From Gammaproteobacteria bacterium (lineage in GTDB: Bacteria > Pseudomonadota > Gammaproteobacteria > SZUA-140), in contig WGFB01000014.1 of NCBI GenBank assembly GCA_015492435.1, positions 15,728 through 79,727 on the forward strand: a stretch of 64,000 nucleotides of DNA. The letters are read 5' to 3'. Shown in pieces: positions 51,392 through 62,548 of this stretch. The position numbers and the translations under genes are program-made. Below the pieces are notes generated by a model. The model saw only the letters and a program-made list of their open reading frames with translations. It searched no databases and was not told the origin of the DNA. Within the stretch, counting starts at the first letter, position 1. Every line of letters starts with the position of its first letter.

Positions 51392-52414
51392 TCAGGCGGA
51401 CTCCGCCACCTTCCGCCCCGCCATGCGCAGCACCAGCGACATCAGGCCATCCCAGCCGTTGCCCGGCGCCTGCCCCTTGAGGCAACGGTCTATTCCCGCC
51501 GCCTTTCCAAGCATGGCCAGCCACTCCGCACGGCTTCCGCGCCGCAGGGCCTGGCCGACGGCGGGCTTGCGCTTGTCCCATACCCGGTGGCGGGCCAGCA
51601 CCTGAGCCGGTGCCTGCCCCTGTTCGAGGTCACCATGCATGCGCGCCAGCAGGCGGATCTCCCGCGCCAGGGCCCACAACACCAGGACGGGATCCACCCC
51701 CTCGGCGCGCAGGCCATCGAGCATGCGCGCGCTGCGCCCGGCATCACCGGCCAGGGCACTGTCCACCAGGCCAAAGACATCATAACGGGCGCTGTCGCTC
51801 ACCGCCGCCAGCACGTCGTCCGCGGAAATCGCCCCCGCCCCATGAAGCATGTGAAGTTTCTCGATTTCCTGGGCGGCTGCCAGCAGATTGCCCTCCACGC
51901 GCTCGGCCAGAAGCGTCACTGCCTCGCGGCTGGGTTGCAGGCCGGCCTGCCGCATGCGCCGCCCGATCCACTCAGGCAACTGCCGCGGGGCCAGGGGCCA
52001 CACCTGGATCGCAACACCCGCGCCCTCCAGAGCCTTGAACCAGCGGGTGCGCTGGCTGGTGGCGTCGAGCTTGCCGCAGATCACCAGCAGGATATTCTCG
52101 CCACCGCCATCCGTGGCATAGGCCTGCAAGGCTTTGCCGCCCGCGTCACCGGGCTTTCCCGTGGGCAGGCGCAATTCCAGCAGGCGCCGCCGGGAAAACA
52201 ACGACATTCCGCAGGACTCCCGCAGCAGGCTGTTCCAGTCGAAATTACCGTCGGCGTGCATCACGATACGCTCCTCGCACCCCGCCTCGCGGGCATACCG
52301 GCGCACCAGGTCGCAGGTCTCCTGCATCAGCAGGGGTTCATCGCCGGAGACGCAATAGACAGGCGCCATGCCTTGCCGCAAGTGCCGCTCCAGTTGCTGG
52401 GGCGCCAGTTTCAC
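51392..52414 (-). CDS. holA: DNA polymerase III subunit delta
   Basis: 340 aa. N-terminus L.....P.Y...G.E..L..E..D.......G. Positioned between lptE and nadD-proximal genes, as in the lptE-holA arrangement. Confidence 0.8.
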   Translation of the reverse strand: MKLAPQQLERHLRQGMAPVYCVSGDEPLLMQETCDLVRRYAREAGCEERIVMHADGNFDWNSLLRESCGMSLFSRRRLLELRLPTGKPGDAGGKALQAYATDGGGENILLVICGKLDATSQRTRWFKALEGAGVAIQVWPLAPRQLPEWIGRRMRQAGLQPSREAVTLLAERVEGNLLAAAQEIEKLHMLHGAGAISADDVLAAVSDSARYDVFGLVDSALAGDAGRSARMLDGLRAEGVDPVLVLWALAREIRLLARMHGDLEQGQAPAQVLARHRVWDKRKPAVGQALRRGSRAEWLAMLGKAAGIDRCLKGQAPGNGWDGLMSLVLRMAGRKVAESA

Positions 52415-52950
52415 CGCGCCCCGGTCCCGCTCAGGCCGTTGAACTTCTGCAGACGGCGCGCCAGGTCGCGCACGGCGGAACGCCGCATGTCGTCATAGAG
52501 CTGCTCGGACTCCGAAACGATGGAATTGACCTGGGTCTCGTCGAACTGGATGGCCAGCACCTGCTGGATCGTCTGGTTGCTCACCAGCGTCTTGCCCTTG
52601 GCGTCCGCCACGCCGTAGACGAAGGAGTAAATGAGTTCATATTCCTCCGCGCGGCCCGAGGCATTGACGGACAGCACGCGCCGTTGTTTCTTTTCAGAGG
52701 AGAGCGAAACGACCAGGGCCGCCTGCTCGATGTCGTCCACCACCGGGGTTTTCATGTCACGCAGAACCTGGCGGACCTCGTCATTCAGGGCCGTGCTTTC
52801 ATCACCTTTCACCAGCGTGGGGGGCAGGGAGGCCAATGGGCCGGTCGAACCCCTCAGGTGATAACCACAGCCCTGAGGCAGCGTTGCCAGCAGTATCAAC
52901 AAAAGAGGGACAAGAAGCCCGGGAGTTCCTTTTACGGCACCGTGGATCAT
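52411..52950 (-). CDS. lptE: LPS-assembly lipoprotein LptE
   Basis: 179 aa. Lipobox LPQGCGY, then GY.LRG. Located immediately downstream of leuS. Confidence 0.8.
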   Translation of the reverse strand: MIHGAVKGTPGLLVPLLLILLATLPQGCGYHLRGSTGPLASLPPTLVKGDESTALNDEVRQVLRDMKTPVVDDIEQAALVVSLSSEKKQRRVLSVNASGRAEEYELIYSFVYGVADAKGKTLVSNQTIQQVLAIQFDETQVNSIVSESEQLYDDMRRSAVRDLARRLQKFNGLSGTGAR

Positions 52951-52953
52951 GGC

Positions 52954-55431
52954 TCATCCCGCAACGATATTGACCAGCCGGCCCGGCACGACGATCACCT
53001 TTCTGACCGTCTTGCCCTCCACGTGGCGCTGGACGTTGTCATCCGCCAGCGCCATCTCCTCGATGGCATCACGCGGGGCGCCGGCAGGCACCTCGATCCT
53101 GGCCCGCAGCTTGCCATTGACCTGCACCACCAGCTCCACGGTGTCGCGCCGCAGCGCCTCCTCGTCGGCCTGCGGCCAGCCGGCGCCGAGAATGTCCTCG
53201 CCATAGCCGAGATCCCGCCAAAGGACGTGGGTGACATGGGGAATCACAGGCGCCAGCAGGCGCAGCAGAATCCCCAGCCCCTCCGATACCAGCGCCATGC
53301 CCGCTCCCTCACCGGGGACCTTCTCCAGCACATTGAGGATTTTCATACCCGCCGAGACCACGGTATTGAACTGCAGTTTCTCGTAATCGTGATTGGCCTG
53401 CTGCAAAGCGGCATGGATATCGTGGCGCTGGGCCTTGAACTGATCCATAGACTGGTCCGGCCCTGATCCAGCGGCAGCCTCGCGCAACCGTTTCAACGCC
53501 CCTTCGTGACCACGGGCGAAATTCCACAGACGGCGGATGAAGCGGTGGGCGCCCTCCACACCGCTGTCCGACCACTCCAGGGACTGTTCCGGCGGGGCGG
53601 CGAACATGGTGAAGAGACGCACCGTATCGGCGCCATAGCGGTCGATGAGATCCTGGGGATCGACCGTATTGCCCTTGGATTTGGACATCTTGGCCCCGTC
53701 CTTGAGCACCATGCCCTGGGTGAGCAGCCGGGTGAAAGGCTCGTCGCACTCCACCATCCCGGCGTCGCGCAACAGCTTGTGATAGAAGCGTGCATAGAGC
53801 AAATGGAGAATGGCATGCTCGATGCCGCCGATGTAGTAGTCCACCGGCAGCCAGTAGCGGGCGCGCCCGTCCAGCATCTGTTCCCCATTGTCGGCGCAAG
53901 CGTAGCGTGCGTAATACCATGAAGACTCCATGAAGGTGTCGAAGGTATCGGTCTCCCGCTCGGCCTCCGTCCCGCAGCGCGGGCAGGGGACGCGCGAGAA
54001 TTCCAGCATGGCCTTGAGGGGTGAGCCGCTGCCGTCGATCTCCACCGATTCAGGGAGCACCACCGGCAGGTCCCCGTCGGGTACGGGCACGGCGCCGCAG
54101 GACGCACAATTGATGATGGGGATGGGCGCGCCCCAGTAACGCTGACGCGAGACGCCCCAGTCGCGCAGACGGTAATTGACACGGCGGCTTCCCTTGCCCG
54201 CTTTCTCCAGAAAATCGGCGATGGCCTCGCAGGCCCGGGCGGAGGCGAGCCCGTCGAAGCGGCCGGAATTGCGCAATACACCCGGCTCCGTATAGGCCGC
54301 TTTGGCGATATCCATCTCGCTGCCGCCGGCGGGAAAGATCACTTGGCGAATGGGCAGATGGTAGCGGCGGGCGAAATCGTGATCCCGCTGGTCATGGGCG
54401 GGCACCGCCATCACGGCGCCGGTGCCGTAGCCCATGAGGACGAAATTCGCCACCCATACGGGCACCTCCTCGCCAGAGACGGGATGCACGGCGGTCAGCC
54501 CGGTGGGCATGCCCCGCTTCTCCATGGATTCCAGCTCCGCCTCCGAGGTGGACACATGGCGGCATTCCTCGATGAAGGCGGCCAGCCGGGCATCGCTCTG
54601 CGCCGCCTCCAGCGCCAGAGGATGCTCGGCGGCCACCGCCACGTAGGTAACGCCCATGAGCGTGTCGGGGCGTGTGGTGAAGACCGTCAGCCCCCCGGCC
54701 TGACCGCGGATTTCAAAAGTCAGCTCCACGCCCACGGAGCGGCCGATCCAGTTGCGCTGCATGGTGCGCACCTGTTCCGGCCAGCCATCCATCCGCTCCA
54801 GGTCCTCCAGCAGCTCGTCGGCATAGGCCGTGATGCGCATGAACCACTGGGGGATCTCCTTGCGCTCCACCAGGGTGTCGCAGCGCCAGCAGCGGTCGTT
54901 GATCACCTGCTCGTTGGCGAGCACGGTCTTGTCATGAGGACACCAGTTGACGGGCGCGGTCTTCTTGTACACCAGGCCCTTCTCGAACAGGCGGGTGAAC
55001 ATCCACTGCTCCCAGCGGTAATAGGCGGGATCGCAAGTGGCCAGCTCGCGGGACCAGTCGTAGCCGAAGCCCAGGCGCTTGAGCTGGGCGCGCATGTAGT
55101 CGATGTTGCGGTAGGTCCATTCCGCCGGGGGAACCCTGTGCTGCAGGGCCGCGTTCTCCGCCGGCAGGCCGAAGGCGTCCCAGCCCATGGGCTGGAGGAC
55201 GTTCCTGCCCTGCATGCGCTGATAGCGGGCGATGACATCGCCAATGGTGTAGTTGCGCACATGGCCCATGTGGAGCTGCCCGCTGGGATAGGGGAACATG
55301 GACAGGCAATAGTATTTCTCCCCCGCGGCATCCTCCCGGGCCTTGAAAGTCTCTGCTGCCTCCCACTCCTGCTGTACTTCACGCTCCAGAGTCTGCGGGC
55401 TGTAGGCTGCCCGTGTGTCGTGTTCGCTCAT
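52954..55431 (-). CDS. leuS: Leucine--tRNA ligase
   Basis: 825 aa. HMGH motif ([15 protein letters not shown]) and KMSKS. Confidence 0.95.
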   Translation of the reverse strand: MSEHDTRAAYSPQTLEREVQQEWEAAETFKAREDAAGEKYYCLSMFPYPSGQLHMGHVRNYTIGDVIARYQRMQGRNVLQPMGWDAFGLPAENAALQHRVPPAEWTYRNIDYMRAQLKRLGFGYDWSRELATCDPAYYRWEQWMFTRLFEKGLVYKKTAPVNWCPHDKTVLANEQVINDRCWRCDTLVERKEIPQWFMRITAYADELLEDLERMDGWPEQVRTMQRNWIGRSVGVELTFEIRGQAGGLTVFTTRPDTLMGVTYVAVAAEHPLALEAAQSDARLAAFIEECRHVSTSEAELESMEKRGMPTGLTAVHPVSGEEVPVWVANFVLMGYGTGAVMAVPAHDQRDHDFARRYHLPIRQVIFPAGGSEMDIAKAAYTEPGVLRNSGRFDGLASARACEAIADFLEKAGKGSRRVNYRLRDWGVSRQRYWGAPIPIINCASCGAVPVPDGDLPVVLPESVEIDGSGSPLKAMLEFSRVPCPRCGTEAERETDTFDTFMESSWYYARYACADNGEQMLDGRARYWLPVDYYIGGIEHAILHLLYARFYHKLLRDAGMVECDEPFTRLLTQGMVLKDGAKMSKSKGNTVDPQDLIDRYGADTVRLFTMFAAPPEQSLEWSDSGVEGAHRFIRRLWNFARGHEGALKRLREAAAGSGPDQSMDQFKAQRHDIHAALQQANHDYEKLQFNTVVSAGMKILNVLEKVPGEGAGMALVSEGLGILLRLLAPVIPHVTHVLWRDLGYGEDILGAGWPQADEEALRRDTVELVVQVNGKLRARIEVPAGAPRDAIEEMALADDNVQRHVEGKTVRKVIVVPGRLVNIVAG

Positions 55432-55462
55432 GATCTGTCTGCAATCATCTTTACCTGTTCGA

Positions 55463-57013
55463 TTATCGTTTGCCCGCCCTGCGCCGCAGGCCCATGCCCG
55501 CGAGTATCATAGCACTCAACAACACAATGGGAATATTGCCGAGGCGCACATAGGGGGTGGCGCCCTCCATGGGTTCGACGGTTGCGCTGAGCACGGTTTC
55601 CTTGAACTGGGGCGCCACGGCGGCGAGCTTGCCGCGCGGATCGATGATGGCCGTGATCCCCGTATTGGTGGCCCGCAGCAGATAGCGCCCCGTCTCCAGG
55701 GCGCGCATGCGCGCGATCTGCAGGTGCTGCGGCGGGGCGATGGAGCCACCGAACCAGGCATCGTTGCTGACATTGACCAGCAGCGTCGCCTCGGGCAGGG
55801 CGCGGATCACTTCTTCCCCGAAGGCGTCTTCATAACAAATGGAGACGCCCACCTTCTGCCCCGCCACCCGCAGGGGCGGCTGATCGTGGCCGCCTTTCGA
55901 AAAATCGGACATGGGGACATCCATGAAATCCACTACCGCGCGCAACAGGGAGGAAAACGGCAGATACTCGGTAAAGGGCACCAGATGGTCCTTGTGATAC
56001 ATGCCGGGTTCCCCGCCCACGGCCACCATGGTGTTGTAATATGCCGGGGAATCCGGCGCCTGGTAGACCAAACCCACCAGCATCTCGGCACCATGCTCCC
56101 TGGCCAGGTCCTCAAGGCCCCGCAGATAGGGAAGCGCCTGCCCGTAGAACATGGGGATGGCGGTTTCCGGCCAGACGATCAGGTCGCTGTCCCAGTACGC
56201 ACTGCTGAGACGGGTATAGAGTTCGACGGTAGGCTCGCGCATGGAAGGCCGCCATTTGATCTCCTGGGGAACGTTGCCCTGCACCAGGCTGACGCTGAGG
56301 GTCTCGTCCAGGGGACGGGTCCAGTCGATCTTGCCCAGCAGGGCCCCCACCAGCCACAGAGCCACTCCGGCGGTAAGATACCCGCCCCGGATCTCCCGCC
56401 CGCCATTGACGAAGGCGGCCACCAGCAGAGCCGCCGTGAGAGCCACGAAATAGGACACCCCATACACACCCAGCACGGGCGCCAGTCCCGCCAGGGGGGC
56501 GTCTATCTGGCTGTATCCCACATTCAGCCAGGGAAAGCCCGTCAAAAACCAGCCCCGCACCCATTCCAGCAGCACCCAGGCTGCGGGATAGACCAACACC
56601 ACGCCCAACCAGGGCGCGGAAAGACGCCGGGAGCGGGACAGGCGCACGGCCAACCAGCCGCAGAGCGCGGGAAAACAGGACAGCACCAGCACGAACAGAG
56701 CGGTCAGAAACAGTGACAGCGCCAGGTTGACGTAGCCGTATTCATGGATGCTGATGAAAATCCAGGTGACGCCGACCCCGAACATGCCAATGCCGAACAG
56801 GCCGCCACGCAGCAGGGCGCGCCGCGCCGTGATGCCTTGCCAGCAGAGGAACAGCAGCGCCAGGGCCATGAACGCAACGGGATACAACTCAAACGGCGCG
56901 AAGGCCAAGGGAGTGGCCGCGCCCGCCAGCAGGGCGAGTACGTCCCCGTGCCAGCGGGTGAGCGGGCGGAGAGGCAGACTCATGAATCCGGCCCCCGTCC
57001 CCATGCGCAACAC
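55463..57013 (-). CDS. lnt: Apolipoprotein N-acyltransferase
   Basis: 516 aa. N-terminal multi-TM region plus a C-terminal CN-hydrolase domain (E...K...C triad region [12 protein letters not shown]). Confidence 0.85.
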   Translation of the reverse strand: MLRMGTGAGFMSLPLRPLTRWHGDVLALLAGAATPLAFAPFELYPVAFMALALLFLCWQGITARRALLRGGLFGIGMFGVGVTWIFISIHEYGYVNLALSLFLTALFVLVLSCFPALCGWLAVRLSRSRRLSAPWLGVVLVYPAAWVLLEWVRGWFLTGFPWLNVGYSQIDAPLAGLAPVLGVYGVSYFVALTAALLVAAFVNGGREIRGGYLTAGVALWLVGALLGKIDWTRPLDETLSVSLVQGNVPQEIKWRPSMREPTVELYTRLSSAYWDSDLIVWPETAIPMFYGQALPYLRGLEDLAREHGAEMLVGLVYQAPDSPAYYNTMVAVGGEPGMYHKDHLVPFTEYLPFSSLLRAVVDFMDVPMSDFSKGGHDQPPLRVAGQKVGVSICYEDAFGEEVIRALPEATLLVNVSNDAWFGGSIAPPQHLQIARMRALETGRYLLRATNTGITAIIDPRGKLAAVAPQFKETVLSATVEPMEGATPYVRLGNIPIVLLSAMILAGMGLRRRAGKR

Positions 57014-57069
57014 CGTGCGGACCGGATCCGCGCGGCGGACGCCGCTGTTTTCAGCGCGGCCAAGGGAGC

Positions 57070-57972
57070 TCAGTCCTGGATCGTGGAGATGGCCGGCGCC
57101 TCATCCCTGTCACCGGCCGGATCGATAATCAGGCGCAGCAGATGAATGCGGCGGCTGTCGGCATGCAGCACGACAAAGCGGAAGCGGCCGATGCGCAGTT
57201 CCTCCCCGCGCCTGGGCAGGTGGGCGAACTCACGCATGACATAGCCGCCGATGGTGTCGAATTCCTCGTCGCTGATGTTGGCCCCGAAATATTCGTTGAA
57301 CTCTTCGACGGGGGTCAGGGCCTTGACGGTGTAATTGGTGTCGCTGTGTTTCATGATGTAGGACTCCCCTTCCACATCATGCTCATCGGTGATCTCCCCC
57401 ACGATCTGCTCGAGCACATCCTCGATGGTCACCAGGCCGTCCACGCCGCCATATTCGTCTACCACAATGGCCATGTGGTTGCGGCTGGAGCGGAACTCCT
57501 TCAACAGCACGTTGAGGCGCTTGCTCTCGGGGATAAAGGCTGCCGGCCTGAGAATATCGCGCATATTGAAGGGGCGCTTGCCCTCGCCGGAGAAGTAACC
57601 CAGCAGGTCCTTGGCGAGCAGGATGCCCACCACCTCGTCCTTGTTGTCCCCGATGACGGGAAACCGGGAGTGAGCCGACTCGGTGATCACGGGCAGAATC
57701 TCCTCCAGGGAGGCGTCCCGCTCGACCACCACCATGCGCGCCCGGGGAATCATGATGTCGCGCACCTGCATCTCGGCGACTTCCAGAACGCCCTCTATCA
57801 TGGCCAGGGCCTCGTAATCCAGCAAGTGGCGTTGCTGGGCCTCGCGCAGGATCTCGACCAGTTCCCGGCGGTCCTTCGGCTCGCCGCCCAGCACCTTGCC
57901 CAGGCGGCCCAGCCATGATCGTGGGGTTTCAGCCTGGCTCGTTTGGTTCGTGCTCATCAGAGTCTTGTTCAA
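57070..57972 (-). CDS. corC: HlyC/CorC family transporter-associated protein (CBS pair + CorC_HlyC domain)
   Basis: 300 aa. Two CBS domains and the C-terminal transporter-associated domain. Confidence 0.85.
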   Translation of the reverse strand: MNKTLMSTNQTSQAETPRSWLGRLGKVLGGEPKDRRELVEILREAQQRHLLDYEALAMIEGVLEVAEMQVRDIMIPRARMVVVERDASLEEILPVITESAHSRFPVIGDNKDEVVGILLAKDLLGYFSGEGKRPFNMRDILRPAAFIPESKRLNVLLKEFRSSRNHMAIVVDEYGGVDGLVTIEDVLEQIVGEITDEHDVEGESYIMKHSDTNYTVKALTPVEEFNEYFGANISDEEFDTIGGYVMREFAHLPRRGEELRIGRFRFVVLHADSRRIHLLRLIIDPAGDRDEAPAISTIQD

Positions 57973-58032
57973 CCTCGCTTGTTTAGATAGAAGATCAACG
58001 GTTAACCCGTATTTCCCGCCAGCATGGCGGGG

Positions 58033-58530
58033 TCATTGCCCGGGAGCCCGGGCAGCCATCTCCCCGGCATAGGGATCGGGAAACCCCAGCCCGGCCATCA
58101 GCTTCCGCTCGCGGGCCTCCATGCGCGCCGCCTCTTCACCCGTCTCGTGATCGTAGCCCCGCAGGTGCAGCACCCCATGAATCACCAGATGGGCCCAGTG
58201 GGACTCCAGGCGCTTGCCCTGCTCCCGGGCCTCCGCCTCCACCCGCCCAGCGCAGATCACCACATCGCCAAGCAGCGGTGGATCCATCCACTCCGGCCGC
58301 TCGAAGGGAAAAGACAGAACATTGGTGGCGCCCTTCCGGCCGCGGTAGGTTTCGTTGAGGCGCCTGCTCTCCCCCTCCCCGACGATCCTTACCGTGAGTT
58401 GCGCGCCCGCCGCGCTGCCGTCCACGGCCGCCTCCACCCATGCCTGTATCCGCGCCGCGTCCGGCAGCTCATGGGGGTTGCGGACCTCGTCTCCATACTG
58501 CAGGTCCACCACGACTTTCCGCTCACTCAT
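58033..58530 (-). CDS. ybeY: rRNA maturation endoribonuclease YbeY
   Basis: HLVIHGVLHLRGYDH is the zinc-binding HxxxHxxxxxH motif. Start likely at the internal Met [11 protein letters not shown]. Confidence 0.85.
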   Translation of the reverse strand: MSERKVVVDLQYGDEVRNPHELPDAARIQAWVEAAVDGSAAGAQLTVRIVGEGESRRLNETYRGRKGATNVLSFPFERPEWMDPPLLGDVVICAGRVEAEAREQGKRLESHWAHLVIHGVLHLRGYDHETGEEAARMEARERKLMAGLGFPDPYAGEMAARAPGQ

Positions 58531-59501
58531 GTTCGCTCTTGTTCCGTGCCGCCATGTCATAGGCCTCGACGATGCGTTGCACCAGGGAATGACGAACCAC
58601 GTCGCGGGCCTGGAAGAACGTGAAGCTGATGCCGGAAATGTCCTTCAACACCTCGATCACGTGGCGCAGGCCCGAGCTGCGCTCGCGGGGCAGATCGATC
58701 TGGGTGATGTCCCCGGTGACGACCACCGTGGAACCGAAACCGATACGGGTGAGGAACATCTTCATCTGTTCCACCGTGGTATTCTGGGCTTCGTCGAGGA
58801 TAATGTAGGATTCGTTCAGGGTGCGCCCGCGCATGTAGGCAAGGGGCGCCACTTCGATGACGTGGCGGTCGATGAGCCTGGCCACCCGTTCGAAGCCCAG
58901 CATCTCGTACAGGGCGTCATAGAGGGGGCGCAGGTAGGGGTCGATCTTCTGCGCCAGGTCGCCGGGCAGGAAACCCAGGCGCTCCCCCGCCTCCACCGCC
59001 GGGCGCACCAGCAGGATACGCTGCACCTCCTCCCGTTCCAGGGCCTGCACGGCGCAGGCCACGGCGAGATAGGTCTTGCCGGTCCCCGCGGGACCGATGC
59101 CGAAATTGATGTCGCAATCGAGGATATTCTGCACGTACTGGCGCTGGTTGCGGCCGCGCGGCACGATCACTTTCTGCCCGGCGCGCACGGCCTGTTCCGC
59201 GCGGGCCTTCTCGGGCGCCGTCACTTCCGCTTCCGCGGTCTGCAGCAGGAGATGGATGCGCGCGGGGGTCAGCTGGGAACTGGCCGTCTCGTCGTACATC
59301 TGCTGCAGCAGGCGCCCCGCCGCCCGCGCCGGGCGGAGATCGCCGATGATGCGGAAAATGTTGCCACGGTTATTGACTTCCACCCCCAGGTGGCGCTCCA
59401 CCTGCCTGAGGTTTTCGTCGAACTGGCCGCACAGGCTGGCCAGTCTTTGGTTGTCGGCGGGCTCCAGTACGAGATCGAAGGATTGCAGGTGGGCGTTCAA
59501 A
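58523..59501 (-). CDS. ybeZ: PhoH-like ATPase (YbeZ)
   Basis: Walker [12 protein letters not shown]. The N-terminal region aligns with E. coli YbeZ (…LEPADN.RL.SLCG.FD.N…). TTG start inferred at 59501, overlapping the miaB stop (TTGA). Confidence 0.8.
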
Positions 59502-60861
59502 GTGGCAATGCGCGTTTGGCAGGAAGATCGGCGTCGTGGCGCGCCAGTTCGCCGCGCAGGGAATGAGGCAGGGCCTCCGTGATGCGTACATCCACGAAGG
59601 TACCGATACATTCCCGCGGCGCACTGAAGTTCACGCTGCGGTTGTTGGAGGTGCGCCCGGTCAGTTGCCGGTCCGACTTGCGCGACACCCCCTCCACCAG
59701 CACGCGCTGCGCGCTGCCCACCATGGCCTGGCTGTAGCCCGCGGCCAGTTCGTTGATGCGGGCCTGCAGGCGCGCCAGCCGCTCCTGCTTGACTTCATGG
59801 GGCACGTCGTCGGGCAGTTCCGCCGCCGGCGTGCCGGGGCGGGGACTGTAGATGAAGCTGTAGGAATGATCGAAGGCGATGTCGTCGATGAGCGCCAGGG
59901 TTGCCTGGAAATCCGTCTCCGTCTCGCCGGGGAAGCCGACAATAAAATCGGAGGAGATGCTGATATCGGGACGGGCCGCCCTGAGCCGGCGAATGATGGA
60001 CTTGTATTCCAGCGCCGTATGCCCGCGTTTCATCATGGCCAGGATACGGTCGGACCCACTCTGCACCGGCAGGTGCACATGGCTGGCCAGCGCCGGGACG
60101 TCCTCGTAGGCCTTGATCAGGCTGGGCCCGAACTCGCGGGGGTGCGAGGTGGTGAAGCGGATGCGCCCGATGCCTTCGATAGCGGCCAGGTACTCGATGA
60201 GCAGGGCCAGGTCCGCCTCGCCGTCCGCGCCCATGGCGCCACGGTAGGCGTTGACGTTCTGGCCCAGCAGGGTCACCTCGCGCACGCCCCCGGCCGCCAG
60301 GCCGGCCACCTCGGCGATGACGTCGTCGAAGGGCCGGCTGACCTCCTCGCCGCGCGTGTAGGGCACCACGCAGAAAGTGCAGTACTTGCTGCAGCCCTCC
60401 ATGATGGAGACGAAGGCGCTGGGTCCCTTGGCATGGGGCTGGGGCAGGCAGTCGAACTTCTCGATTTCCGGAAAGGAGATGTCCACGACGGGCGCCCGGC
60501 GCGCGCGCGCCTCCTCCAGCATGGCGGGCAGGCGGTGCAGGGTCTGGGGACCGAAGATGATATCCACATAGGGCGCGCGGCGGCGGATGGCCTCGCCCTC
60601 CTGGCTGGCCACGCAACCGCCCACGCCGAGGACCAGGCCGGGCCGGCGCAACTTCCACTGGCGCCAGCGGCCAAGCTGGGAGAAGACCTTTTCCTGGGCC
60701 TTCTCGCGCACCGAGCAGGTGTTCAGCAACAAGACATCGGCTTCCTCGGCGTCGCTGGTCAGTTCAAGCTGGTGGGATTCCGCCAGGACATCCGCCATCC
60801 TGGCGGAATCGTACTCGTTCATCTGACATCCGAATGTCTTGATATATAACTTCTGGGCCAT
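59497..60861 (-). CDS. miaB: tRNA-2-methylthio-N6-dimethylallyladenosine synthase
   Basis: [19 protein letters not shown] is the MiaB N-terminus. Radical-SAM motif [11 protein letters not shown] and TRAM C-terminal domain. Confidence 0.9.
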   Translation of the reverse strand: MAQKLYIKTFGCQMNEYDSARMADVLAESHQLELTSDAEEADVLLLNTCSVREKAQEKVFSQLGRWRQWKLRRPGLVLGVGGCVASQEGEAIRRRAPYVDIIFGPQTLHRLPAMLEEARARRAPVVDISFPEIEKFDCLPQPHAKGPSAFVSIMEGCSKYCTFCVVPYTRGEEVSRPFDDVIAEVAGLAAGGVREVTLLGQNVNAYRGAMGADGEADLALLIEYLAAIEGIGRIRFTTSHPREFGPSLIKAYEDVPALASHVHLPVQSGSDRILAMMKRGHTALEYKSIIRRLRAARPDISISSDFIVGFPGETETDFQATLALIDDIAFDHSYSFIYSPRPGTPAAELPDDVPHEVKQERLARLQARINELAAGYSQAMVGSAQRVLVEGVSRKSDRQLTGRTSNNRSVNFSAPRECIGTFVDVRITEALPHSLRGELARHDADLPAKRALPL

Positions 60862-61033
60862 GTATTCCTGAAAATTACCTCAACAGGCAACAAGTTACAC
60901 GTTTTTCAGGAAAATATCCACCCGCCGCGCGCGGCACGGCGCCCGGTCGGCCACTGTATCCCTATGTATTAAAAGAGAAATTTCCTGTTGCCACAAGGGA
61001 AAACCATGGCGCGATGAATTGAATCACCAGGCG

Positions 61034-62242
61034 CTACTCGCCATAGGGCGACTCGGCGCTGATCTTGTGAATGCTCAGGTCGGCGCCTTGATATTCCTCT
61101 TCCTGGCTGAGGCGGATGCCCATGGTCGCCTTGAGAAAGCCGTAGACGGCCGCGCCACCGGCCAGGGCGATGACGACGCCCAGCGCCGTGCCCGCGACCT
61201 GCGACAGCAGGGAGACACCGCCCAGCCCTCCCAGCGCCGCGGAGCCGAAAATCCCCGCGGCCAGTCCACCCCAAACGCCACACAAGCCATGGAGCGGCCA
61301 CACGCCCAGCACATCGTCGATGCGCCACTTGTTCTGGGCCAGGGTGAAGGTATATACGAACAGCGCGCCGGCCACCAGCCCCGTCAACAGGGCGCCGATG
61401 GGATGCATGATGTCAGAACCGGCGCATATGGCCACCAGCCCGGCCAGGGGGCCGTTGTGCACGAATCCCGGGTCGTTCTTGCCCGCCAGGAGCGCCGCCA
61501 GCACGCCCCCGATCATGGCCATGAGAGAATTGACCGCCACCAGTCCGCTGACGGCATCGATGCTCTGGGCGGACATCACGTTGAATCCGAACCAGCCCAC
61601 GGTAAGGATCCGGGCCCCCAGGGCAAGAAAGGGGATACTGGAGGGAGGATGGGCGAAAATCTCGCCATTTTTGCCGTATCGGCCATGGCGCGCGCCCAGC
61701 AGCAAGACCGCCGCCAGGGCCAGCCATCCGCCCATGGCATGCACCACAACGGAACCGGCAAAGTCATGGAAGGGCGCGCCGAAAGTGGCTTCCATCCAGC
61801 CCTGTATGCCAAGCAGCCCGTTCCAGGTGATGCCTTCGAACAGGGGATAGATCAGGGCCACGATGATGAAGCTGGCAATGAGCTGGGGCGCGAACTTGGC
61901 CCGCTCGGCGATCCCCCCCGAAATAATGGCGGGAATCGCGGCGGCAAAAGTCAGAAGAAAGAAGAATTTGACCAATTCATAGCCGTTTTTTTCCGTGAGG
62001 GTACTGGCTCCGGTCAGAAAATCAATGCCATAGGCGATGCCGTAGCCGATAAAAAAATAGGCGATGGTGGAAACGGAAAAATCCGCGATGATTTTCACCA
62101 GCGCATTGACCTGGTTCTTGCGCCGCACCGTCCCCACCTCAAGAAAGGCGAAGCCAGCATGCATGGCCAGCACCATAATGGCCCCTAACAAGACAAAAAG
62201 TACATCACTCCCCGATTTCAGAAATTCCATAGCTGTCGTCAC
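61034..62242 (-). CDS. amt: Ammonium transporter (Amt family)
   Basis: 402 aa, ~11 TM. Conserved Amt stretches (GFAFLEVG..R.KN, D.AGS.VVH..GG). Confidence 0.8.
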   Translation of the reverse strand: MTTAMEFLKSGSDVLFVLLGAIMVLAMHAGFAFLEVGTVRRKNQVNALVKIIADFSVSTIAYFFIGYGIAYGIDFLTGASTLTEKNGYELVKFFFLLTFAAAIPAIISGGIAERAKFAPQLIASFIIVALIYPLFEGITWNGLLGIQGWMEATFGAPFHDFAGSVVVHAMGGWLALAAVLLLGARHGRYGKNGEIFAHPPSSIPFLALGARILTVGWFGFNVMSAQSIDAVSGLVAVNSLMAMIGGVLAALLAGKNDPGFVHNGPLAGLVAICAGSDIMHPIGALLTGLVAGALFVYTFTLAQNKWRIDDVLGVWPLHGLCGVWGGLAAGIFGSAALGGLGGVSLLSQVAGTALGVVIALAGGAAVYGFLKATMGIRLSQEEEYQGADLSIHKISAESPYGE

Positions 62243-62548
62243 CCCGGATCAATGATCGTGAGATTTTTCACTTACAAGAGAAGCACCGGACCGGAGTCTT
62301 CCTCATTAAAATCAAATAAATATCATAACCCTCCGCCCGCCCGGCCTTCCCCGCCCCATGCGCGCGCCCGGGACCCGCACATTTTGGTGCGATCCGGACA
62401 CAAGTGCACCAGTTTAAAGCAATACCGTATTTTTTGTACAGAACAGGTCCCGGTCTTTCCCCCTGCCCGGCGACCCGGAAAAAACTGAACCCGGCTCATC
62501 CTTCGCCGATAAAGGAAAAAAGTAAGGTATTTCGATTCACCGGTTGCC

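Noticed and set aside
60862-61033. Possible terminator or sigma-54 site between miaB and amt
   Set aside because: Only an imperfect hairpin with a T-rich tail on the minus strand. No clear TGGCAC-N5-TTGC match was found by eye. Not confident enough to call.
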